Of a DNA stretch of 64,000 bases, positions 43,054-54,900 are shown piece after piece. The translations under genes were made by a program, and so were the position numbers. Position 1 is the stretch's first letter, and the number at the start of each line of letters is the position of its first letter. The notes below the pieces were generated by a model. It was not told the origin of the DNA and searched no databases. It saw only the letters and a list, made by a program, of their open reading frames with translations. Source of the stretch: the human T2T-CHM13v2.0 reference genome, Homo sapiens; assembly GCF_009914755.1 (NCBI RefSeq), contig NC_060935.1, one strand, 5' to 3'.

Positions 43054-46000
43054 TGAGAAACTTCTTTGTGATGTTTGCATTCAACTCACAGAGTTGAACC
43101 TTGCTTTCATAGTTCAGCTTTCAAACACTCTTTTTGTAGAATCTGCAAGTGGATATTTGGACCACTTTGTGGCCTTCCTTCGAAACGGGTATATCTTCAC
43201 ATCAAACCTAGACAGAAGCATTCTCAGAATGTTTCCTGTGATGACTGCATTCAACTCACAGAGGTGAACAATCCTGCTGATGGAGCAATTTTGAAACTCT
43301 CTTTCTTTGGATTCTGCAAGTGGATATGTGGACCTCTGTGAAGATTTCGTTGGAAACGGGTTCATCTTCACAGAAAAACTAAACAGAAGCATTCTCAGAA
43401 ACTGCTTTGTGATGTTTGTGTTCCACTTCAGGAATTGAACTTTCCTCTTGACAGAGCAGCTCTGAAACCCTCTTATTCTAGAATCTGCAAGTGGACATTT
43501 GGAGGGCTTTGAGGCCTGTGGTGGAAAAGGAAAATCTTCACATAAAAACTAGATGGAAGCATTCTCAGAAACTACTTTGTGATGATTGCATTCGACTCAC
43601 AGAGTTGAACATTCCTATAGATAGAGCAGGTTGTAAACAATCTTTTTGTAGAATCTGCGATTGGAGATTTGGACTGCTTTGAGGCCTACTGTAGTAAAGG
43701 AAATAACTTCATCTAAAAACCAAACGGAAGCATTCACAGACAATTCTTAGTGATCATTGCATTGAACTAACAGAGCTGAACATTCCTTTAGATGGCGCAG
43801 TTTCCAAACACACTTTCTGTAGAATCTGCAAGTGGATATTTGGACTTCTCTGAGGATTTCGTTGGAAACGGGATAAACTTCCCAGAACTACACGGAAGCA
43901 TTGTGAGAAACTTCTTTGTGATGTTTGCATTCAACTCACAGAGTTGAAACTTGCTTTCATAGTTCAGCTTTCAAACACTCTTTTTGTAGAATCTGCAAGT
44001 GGATATTTGGACCACTTTGTGGCCTTCCTTCGAAACGGGTATATCTTCACATCAAACCTAGACATAAGCATTCTCAGAATGTTTCCTGTGAAGACTGCAT
44101 TCAACTCACAGAGATGAACAATCCTGTTGATGGAGCACTTTGGAAACTCTCTTTCTTTGGATTCTGCAAGTTGATATGTGGACCTCTGTGAAGATTTCGT
44201 TGGAAACGGGTTCATCTTCACAGAAAAACTAAACAGAAGCATTCTCAAAAACTACTTTGTGATGTTTGTGTTCCACTTCAAGAATTGAACTTTCCTCTTG
44301 ACAGAGCAGTTCTGAAAACCTCTTTTTCTAGAATCTGCAAGTGGACATTTGGAGGGCTTTGAGGCCTGTGGTGGAAAAGGAAAATCTTCACATAAAAACT
44401 AGATGGAAGCATTCTCAGAAACTACTTTGTGATGATTGCATTCGACTCACAGAGTTGAACATTCCTATAGATAGAGCAGGTTGTAAACAATCTTTTTGTA
44501 GAATCTGCGATTGGAGATTCGGACTGCTTTGAGGCCTACTGTAGTAAAGGAAATAACTTCATCTAAAAACCAAACGGAAGCATTCACAGACAATTCTTAG
44601 TGATCATTGCATTGAACTAACAGAGCTGAACATTCCTTTACATGGCGCAGTTTCCAAACACACTTTCTGTAGAATCTGCAAGTGGATATTTGGACCTCTC
44701 TGAGGATTTCGTTGGAAACGGGATAAACTTCCCAGAACTACACGGAAGCATGCTGAGAAACTTCTTTGTGATGTTTGCATTCAACTCACAGAGTTGAACC
44801 TTGCTTTCATAGTTCAGCTTTCAAACACTTTTTTTGTAGAATCTGCAAGTGGATATTTGGACCACTTTGTGGCCTTCCTTCGAAACGGGTATATCTTCAC
44901 ATCAAACCTAGACAGAAGCATTCTCAGAATGTTTCCTGTGATGACTGCATTCAACTCACAGAGGTGAACAATCCTGCTGATGGAGGAGTTTTGAAACTCT
45001 CTTTCTTTGGATTCTGCAAGTGGATATGTGGACCTCTGTGAAGATTTCGTTGGAAACGGGTTCATCTTCACAGAAAAACTAAACAGAAGCATTCTCAGAA
45101 ACTGCTTTGTGATGTTTGTGTTCCACTTCAGGAATTGAACTTTCCTCTTGACAGAGCAGCTCTGAAACCCTCTTATTCTAGAATCTGCAAGTGGACATTT
45201 GGAGGGCTTTGAGGCCTGTGGTGGAAAAGGAAAATCTTCACATAAAAACTAGATGGAAGCATTCTCAGAAACTACTTTGTGATGATTGCATTCGACTCAC
45301 AGAGTTGAACATTCCTATAGATAGAGCAGGTTGTAAACAATCTTTTTCTAGAATCTGCTATTGGAGATTTGGACTGCTTTGAGGCCTACTGTAGTAAAGG
45401 AAATAACTTCATCTAAAAACCAAACGGAAGCATTCACAGACAATTCTCAGTGATCATTGGATTGAACTAACAGAGCTGAACATTCCTTTAGATGGAGCAG
45501 TTTCCAAACAAACTTTCTGTAGAATCTGCAAGTGGATATTTGGACTTCTCTGAGAATTTCGTTGGAAAAGGGATAAACTTCCCAGAACTACACGGAAGCA
45601 TTGTGAGAAACTTCTTTGTGATGTTTGCATTCAACTCACAGAGTTGAACCTTGCTTTCATAGTTCAGCTTTCAAACACTCTTTTTGTAGAATCTGCAAGT
45701 GGATATTTGGACCACTTTGTGGCCTTCCTTCGAAACGGGTATATCTTCACATCAAACCTAGACAGAAGCATTCTCAGAATGTTTCCTGTGATGACTGCAT
45801 TCAACTCACAGAGGTGAACAATCCTGCTGATGGAGCAGTTTTGAAACTCTCTTTCTTTGGATTCTGCATGTGGATATGTTGACCTCTGTGAAGATTTCGT
45901 TGGAAACGGGTTCATCTTCACAGAAAAACTAAACAGGAGCATTCTCAGAAACTGCTTTGTGATGTTTGTGTTCCACTTCAAGAATTGAACTTTCCTCTTG

Positions 46001-48968
46001 ACAGAGCAGCTCTGAAACCCTCTTTTTCTAGAATCTGCAAGTGGACATTTGGAAGGATTTGAGGCCTGTGGTGGAAAAGGAAAATCTTCACATAAAAACT
46101 AGATGGAAGCATTCTCAGAAACTACTTTGTGATGATTGCATTCGACGCACAGAGTTGAACATTCCTATAGAGAGAGCAGGTTGTAAACAATCTTTTTGTA
46201 GAATCTGCGATTGGAGATTTGGACTGCTTTGAGGCTTACTGTAGTAAAGGAAATAACTTCATCTAAAAACCAAACGGAAGCATTCACAGACAATTCTTAG
46301 TGATCATTGGATTGAGCTAACAGAGCTGAACATTCCTTTAGATGGAGCAGTTTCCAAACCCACTTTCTGTAGAATCTGCAAGTGGATATTTGTACTTCTC
46401 TGAGGATTTCGTTGGAAACGGGATAAACTTCCCAGAACTACACGGAAGCATTGTGAGAAACTTCTTTGTGATGTTTGCATTCAACTCACAGAGTTGAACC
46501 TTGCTTTCATAGTTCAGCTTTCAAACACTCTTTTTGTAGAATCTGCAAGTGGATATTTGGACCACTTTGTGGCCTTCCTTCGAAACGGGTATATCTTCAC
46601 ATCAAACCTAGACAGAAGCATTCTCAGAATGTTTCCTGTGATGACTGCATTCAACTCACAGAGGTGAACAATCCTGCTGATGGAGCAATTTTGAAACTCT
46701 CTTTCTTTGGATTCTGCAAGTGGATATGTGGACCTCTGTGAAGATTTCGTTGGAAACGGGTTCATCTTCACAGAAAAACTAAACAGAAGCATTCTCAGAA
46801 ACTGCTTTGTGATGTTTGTGTTCCACTTCAGGAATTGAACTTTCCTCTTGACAGAGCAGCTCTGAAACCCTCTTATTCTAGAATCTGCAAGTGGACATTT
46901 GGAGGGCTTTGAGGCCTGTGGTGGAAAAGGAAAATCTTCACATAAAAACTAGATGGAAGCATTCTCAGAAACTACTTTGTGATGATTGCATTCGACTCAC
47001 AGAGTTGAACATTCCTATAGATAGAGCAGGTTGTAAACAATCTTTTTGTAGAATCTGCGATTGGAGATTTGGACTGCTTTGAGGCCTACTGTAGTAAAGG
47101 AAATAACTTCATCTAAAAACCAAACGGAAGCATTCACAGACAATTCTTAGTGATCATTGCATTGAACTAACAGAGCTGAACATTCCTTTAGATGGCGCAG
47201 TTTCCAAACACACTTTCTGTAGAATCTGCAAGTGGATATTTGGACTTCTCTGAGGATTTCTTTGGAAACGGGATAAACTTCCCAGAACTACACGGAAGCA
47301 TTGTGAGAAACTTCTTTGTGATGTTTGCATTCAACTCACAGAGTTGAAACTTGCTTTCATAGTTCAGCTTTCAAACACTCTTTTTGTAGAATCTGCAAGT
47401 GGATATTTGGACCACTTTGTGGCCTTCCTTCGAAACGGGTATATCTTCACATCAAACCTAGACATAAGCATTCTCAGAATGTTTCCTGTGAAGACTGCAT
47501 TCAACTCACAGAGATGAACAATCCTGTTGATGGAGCACTTTGGAAACTCTCTTTCTTTGGATTCTGCAAGTTGATATGTGGACCTCTGTGAAGATTTCGT
47601 TGGAAACGGGTTCATCTTCACAGAAAAACTAAACAGAAGCATTCTCAAAAACTACTTTGTGATGTTTGTGTTCCACTTCAAGAATTGAACTTTCCTCTTG
47701 ACAGAGCAGTTCTGAAAACCTCTTTTTCTAGAATCTGCAAGTGGACATTTGGAGGGCTTTGAGGCCTGTGGTGGAAAAGGAAAATCTTCACATAAAAACT
47801 AGATGGAAGCATTCTCAGAAACTACTTTGTGATGATTGCATTCGACTCACAGAGTTGAACATTCCTATAGATAGAGCAGGTTGTAAACAATCTTTTTGTA
47901 GAATCTGCGATTGGAGATTCGGACTGCTTTGAGGCCTACTGTAGTAAAGGAAATAACTTCATCTAAAAACCAAACGGAAGCATTCACAGACAATTCTTAG
48001 TGATCATTGCATTGAACTAACAGAGCTGAACATTCCTTTACATGGCGCAGTTTCCAAACACACTTTCTGTAGAATCTGCAAGTGGATATTTGGACCTCTC
48101 TGAGGATTTCGTTGGAAACGGGATAAACTTCCCAGAACTACACGGAAGCATGCTGAGAAACTTCTTTGTGACGTTTGCATTCAACTCACAGAGTTGAACC
48201 TTGCTTTCATAGTTCAGCTTTCAAACACTTTTTTTGTAGAATCTGCAAGTGGATATTTGGACCACTTTGTGGCCTTCCTTCGAAACGGGTATATCTTCAC
48301 ATCAAACCTAGACAGAAGCATTCTCAGAATGTTTCCTGTGATGACTGCATTCAACTCACAGAGGTGAACAATCCTGCTGATGGAGGAGTTTTGAAACTCT
48401 CTTTCTTTGGATTCTGCAAGTGGATATGTGGACCTCTGTGAAGATTTCGTTGGAAACGGGTTCATCTTCACAGAAAAACTAAACAGAAGCATTCTCAGAA
48501 ACTGCTTTGTGATGTTTGTGTTCCACTTCAGGAATTGAACTTTCCTCTTGACAGAGCAGCTCTGAAACCCTCTTATTCTAGAATCTGCAAGTGGACATTT
48601 GGAGGGCTTTGAGGCCTGTGGTGGAAAAGGAAAATCTTCACATAAAAACTAGATGGAAGCATTCTCAGAAACTACTTTGTGATGATTGCATTCGACTCAC
48701 AGAGTTGAACATTCCTATAGATAGAGCAGGTTGTAAACAATCTTTTTCTAGAATCTGCTATTGGAGATTTGGACTGCTTTGAGGCCTACTGTAGTAAAGG
48801 AAATAACTTCATCTAAAAACCAAACGGAAGCATTCACAGACAATTCTCAGTGATCATTGGATTGAACTAACAGAGCTGAACATTCCTTTAGATGGAGCAG
48901 TTTCCAAACAAACTTTCTGTAGAATCTGCAAGTGGATATTTGGACTTCTCTGAGAATTTCGTTGGAAA
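43054..48968 (+). repeat. Second copy of the 4-HOR-period partial tandem duplication
   Basis: Same variant series at +35,700 from the first copy (for example ggaaggattt 10351/46051) with the same internal 3,400-bp period. Confidence 0.9.
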
Positions 48969-51931
48969 CGGGATAAACTTCCCAGAACTACACGGAAGCA
49001 TTGTGAGAAACTTCTTTGTGATGTTTCCATTCAACTCACAGAGTTGAACCTTGCTTTCATAGTTCAGCTTTCAAACCCTCTTTTTGTAGAATCTGCAAGT
49101 GGATATTTGGGCCACTTTGTGGCCTTCCTTCGAAACGGGTATATCTTCACATCAAACCTAGACAGAAGCATTCTCAGAATGTTTCCTGTGATGACTGCAT
49201 TCAACTCACAGAGGTGAACAATCCTGCTGATGGAGCAGTTTTGAAACTCTCTTTCTTTGGATTCTGCAAGTGGATATGTGGACCTCTGTGAAGATTTCGT
49301 TGGAAACGGGTTCATCTTCACAGAAAAACTAAACAGAAGCATTCTCAGAAACTGCTTTGTGATGTTTGTGTTCCACTTCAGGAATTGAACTTTCCTCTTG
49401 ACAGAGCAGCTCTGAAACCCTCTTATTCTATAATCTGCAAGTGGACATTTGGAGTGCTTTGAGGCCTGTGGTGGAAAAGGAAAATCTTCACATAAAAACT
49501 AGATGGAAGCATTCTCAGAAACTACTTTGTGATGATTGCATTCGACTCACAGAGTTGAACATTCCTATAGATAGAGCAGGTTGTAAACAATCTTTTTGTA
49601 GAAAATGCGATTGGAGATTTGGACTGCTTTGAGGCCTACTGTAGTAAAGGAAATAACTTCATCTAAAAACCAAACGGAAGCATTCACAGACAATTCTTAG
49701 TGATCATTGGATTGAACTAACAGAGCTGAACATTCCTTTAGATGGAGCAGTTTCCAAACCCACTTTCTGTAGAATCTGCAAGTGGATATTTGGACTTCTC
49801 TGAGGATTTCGTTGGAAACGGGATAAACTTCCCAGAACTACACGGAAGCATTGTGAGAAACTTCTTTGTGATGTTTGCATTCAACTCACAGAGTTGAACC
49901 TTGCTTTCATAGTTCAGCTTTCAAACACTCTTTTTGTAGAATCTGCAAGTGGATATTTGGACCACTTTGTGGCCTTCCTTCGAAACGGGTATATCTTCAC
50001 ATCAAACCTAGACAACAGCATTCTCAGAATGTTTACTGTGATGACTGCATTCAACTCACAGAGGTGAACAATCCTGCTGATGGAGCAGTTTTGAAACTCT
50101 CTTTCTTTGGATTCTACAAGTGGATATGTGGACCTCTGTGAAGATTTCGTTGGAAACGGGTTCATCTTCACAGAAAAACTAAACAGAAGCATTCTCAGAA
50201 ACTGCTTTGTGATGTTTGTGTTCCACTTCAGGAATTGAACTTTCCTCTTGACAGAGCAGCTCTGAAACCCTCTTATTCTAGAATCTGCAAGTGGACATTT
50301 GGAGGGCTTTGAGGCCTGTGGTGGAAAAGGAAAATCTTCACATAAAAACTAGATGGAAGCATTCTCAGAAACTACTTTGTGATGATGGCTTTCGACTCAC
50401 AGAGTTGAACATTCCTATAGATAGAGCAGGTTGTAAACAATCTTTTTGTAGAATCTGCGATTGGAGATTTGGACTGCTTTGAGGCCTACTGTAGTAAAGG
50501 AAATAACTTCATCTAAAAACCAAACGGAAGCATTCACAGACAATACTTAGTGATCATTGGATTGAACTAACAGAGCTGAACATTCCTTTAGATGGAGCAG
50601 TTTCCAAACACACTTTCTGTAGAATCTGCAAGTGGATATTTGGACTTCTCTGAGGATTTCGTTGGAAACGGGATAAAATTCCCAGAACTACACGGAAGCA
50701 TTCTGAGAAACTTCTTTGTAATGTTTTCATTCAACTCACAGAGTTGAACCTTGCTTTCATAGTTCAGCTTTCAAACACTCTTTTTGTACAATCTGCAAGT
50801 GGATATTTGGACCACTTTGTGGCCTTCCTTCGAAACGGGTATATCTTCATATCAAACCTAGACAGAAGCATTCTCAGAATGTTTCCTGTGATGACTGCAT
50901 TCAACTCACAGAGGTGAACAATCCTGCTGATGGAGCAGTTTTGAAACTCTCTTTCTTTGGATTCTGCAAGTGGATATGTGGACCTCTGTGAAGATTTCGT
51001 TGGAAACGGGTTCATCTTCACAGAAAAACTAAACAGAAGCATTCTCAGAAACTGCTTTGTGATGTTTGTGTTCCACTTCAGGAATTGAACTTTCCTCTTG
51101 ACAGAGCAGCTCTGAAACCCTCTTTTTCTAGAATCTGCAAGTGGACATTTGGAGGGCTTTGAGGCCTGTGGTGGAAAAGGAAAATCTTCACATAAAAACT
51201 AGATGGAAGCATTCTCAGAAACTACTTTGTGATGATTGCATTCGACTCACAGAGTTGAACATTCCTATAGATAGAGCAGGTTGTAAACAATCTTTTTGTA
51301 GAATCTGCGATTGGAGATTTGGACTGCTTTGAGGCCTACTGTAGTAAAGGAAATAACTTCATCTAAAAACCAAACGGAAGCATTCACAGACAATTCTTAG
51401 TGATCATTGGATTGAACTAACAGAGCTGAACATTCCTTTAGATGGCGCAGTTTCCAAACACACTTTCTGTAGAATCTGCAAGTGGATATTTGGACTTCTC
51501 TGAGGATTTCGTTGGAAACGGGATAAACTTCCCAGAACTACACGGAAGCATTGTGAGAAACATCTTTGTGATGTTTGCATTCAACTCACAGAGTTGAACC
51601 TTGCTTTCATAGTTCAGCTTTCAAACCCTCTTTTTGTAGAATCTGCAAGTGGATATTTGGACCACTTTGTGGCCTTCCTTCGAAACGGGTATATCTTCAC
51701 ATCAAACCTAGACAGAAGCATTCTCAGAATGTTTCCTGTGAAGACTGCATTCAACTCACAGAGATGAACAATCCTGTTGATGGAGCACTTTGGAAAGTCT
51801 CTTTCTTGGGATTCTGCAAGTTGATATGTGGACCTCTGTGAAGATTTCGTTGGAAACGGGTTCATCTTCACAGAAAAACTAAACAGAAGCATTCTCAAAA
51901 ACTACTTTGTGATGTTTGTGTTCCACTTCAA

Positions 51932-54900
51932 GAATTGAACTTTCCTCTTGACAGAGCAGCTCTGAAAACCTCTTTTTCTAGAATCTGCAAGTGGACATTT
52001 GGAGGGCTTTGAGGCCTGTGGTGGAAAAGGAAAATCTTCACATAAAAACTAGATGGAAGCATTCTCAGAAACTACTTTGTGATGATTGCATTCGACTCAC
52101 AGAGTTGAACATTCCTATAGATAGAGCAGGTTGTAAACAATCTTTTTGTAGAATCTGCGATTGGAGATTTGGACTGCTTTGAGGCCTACTGTAGTAGAGG
52201 AAATAACTTCATCTAAAAACCAAACGGAAGCATTCACAGACAATTCTTAGTGATCATTGCATTGAACTAACAGAGCTGAACATTCCTTTAGATGGAGCAG
52301 TTTCCAAACACACTTTCTGTAGAATCTGCAAGTGGATATTTGGACTTCTCTGAGGATTTCGTTGGAAACGGGATAAACTTCCCAGAACTACACGGAAGCA
52401 TTCTGAGAAACTTCTTTGTGATGTTTGCATTCAACTCACAGAGTTGAACCTTGCTTTCATAGTTCAGCTTTCAAACACTCTTTTTGTAGAATCTGCAAGT
52501 GGATATTTGGACCACTTTGTGGCCTTCCTTCGAAACGGGTATATCTTCACATCAAACCTAGACAGAAGCATTCTCAGAATGTTTCCTGTGATGACTGCAT
52601 TCAACTCACAGAGGTGAACAATCCTGTTGATGGAGCAGTTTTGAAACTCTCTTTCTTTGGATTCTGCAAGTTGATATGTGGACCTCTGTGAAGATTTCGT
52701 TGGAAACGGGTTCATCTTCACAGAAAAACTAAACAGAATCATTCTCAGAAACTGCTTTGTGATGTTTGTGTTCCACTTCAAGAATTGAACTTTCCTCTTG
52801 ACAGAGCAGCTCTGAAACCCTCTTTTTCTAGAATCTGCAAGTGGACATTTGGAGGGCTTTGAGGTCTGTGGTGGAAAAGGAAAATCTTCACATAAAAACT
52901 AGATGGAAGCATTCTCAGAAACTACTTTGTGATGATTGCATTCGACTCACAGAGTTGAACATTCCTATAGATAGAGCAGGTTGTAAACAATCTTTTTGTA
53001 GAATCTGCGATTGGAGATTTGGACTGCTTTGAGGCCTACTGTAGTAAAGGAAATAACTTCATCTAAAAACCAAACGGAAGCATTCACAGACAATTCTTAG
53101 TGATCATTGCATTGAACTAACAGAGCTGAACATTCCTTTAGATGGAGCAGTTTCCAAACACACTTTCTGTAGAATCTGCAAGTGGATATTCGGACTTCTC
53201 TGAGGATTTCGTTGGAAACGGGATAAACTTCCCAGAACTACACGGAAGCATTGTGAGAAACTTCTTTGTGATGTTTGCATTCAACTCACAGAGTTGAACC
53301 TTGCTTTCATAGTTCAGCTTTCAAACACTCTTTTTGTAGAATCTGTAAGTGCATATTTGGACCACTTTGTGGCCTTCCTTCGAAACGGGTATATCTTCAC
53401 ATCAAACCTAGACAGAAGCATTCTCAGAATGTTTCCTGTGAAGACTGCATTCAACTCACAGAGATGAACAATCCTGTTGATGGAGCACTTTGGAAACTCT
53501 CTTTCTTGGGATTCTGCAAGTTGATATGTGGACCTCTGTGAAGATTTCTTTGGAAACGTGTTCATCTTCACAGAAAAACTAAACAGAAGCATTCTCAAAA
53601 ACTACTTTGTGATGTTTGTGTTCCACTTCAAGAATTGAACTTTCCTCTTGACAGAGCAGTTCTGAAAACCTCTTTTTCTAGAATCTGCAAGTGGACATTT
53701 GGAGGGCTTTGAGGCCTGTGGTGGAAAAGGAAAATCTTCACATAAAAACTAGATGGAAGCATTCTCAGAAACTACTTTGTGATGATTGCATTCGACTCAC
53801 AGAGTTGAACATTCCTATAGATAGAGCAGGTTGTAAACAATCTTTTTGTAGAATCTGCGATTGGAGATTTGGACTGCTTTGAGGCCTACTGTAGTAGAGG
53901 AAATAACTTCATCTAAAAACCAAACGGAAGCATTCACAGACAATTCTTAGTGATCATTGCATTGAACTAACAGAGCTGAACATTCCTTTAGATGGCGCAG
54001 TTTCCAAACACACTTTCTGTAGAATCTGCAAGTGGATATTTGGACCTCTCTGAGGATTTCGTTAGAAACGGGATAAACTTCCCAGAACTACACGGAAGCA
54101 TGCTGAGAAACTTCTTTGTGATGTTTGCATTCAACTCACAGAGTTGAACCTTGCTTTCATAGTTCAGCTTTCAAACACTCTTTTTGTAGAATCTGCAAGT
54201 GGATATTTGGACCACTTTGTGGCCTTCCTTCGAAACGGGTATATCTTCACATCAAACCTAGACTGAAGCATTCTCAGAATGTTTCCTGTGATGACTGCAT
54301 TCAACTCACAGAGGTGAACAATCCTGCTGATGGAGCAATTTTGAAACTCTCTTTCTTTGGATTCTGCAAGTGGATATGTGGACCTCTGTGAAGATTTCGT
54401 TGGAAACGGGTTCATCTTCACAGAAAAACTAAACAGAAGCATTCTCAGAAACTGCTTTGTGATGTTTGTGTTCCACTTCAGGAATTGAACTTTCCTCTTG
54501 ACAGAGCAGCTCTGAAACCCTCTTATTCTAGAATCTGCAAGTGGACATTTGGAGGGCTTTGAGGCCTGTGGTGGAAAAGGAAAATCTTCACATAAAAACT
54601 AGATGGAAGCATTCTCAGAAACTACTTTGTGATGATTGCATTCGACTCACAGAGTTGAACATTCCTATAGATAGAGCAGGTTGTAAACAATCTTTTTGTA
54701 GAATCTGCGATTGGAGATTTGGACTGCTTTGAGTCCTACTGTAGTAAAGGAAATAACTTCATCTAAAAACCAAACGGAAGCATTCACAGACAATTCTTAG
54801 TGATCATTGCATTGAACTAACAGAGCTGAACATTCCTTTAGATGGAGCAGTTTCCAAACACACTTTCTGTAGAACCTGCAAGTGGATATTTGGACCTCTC

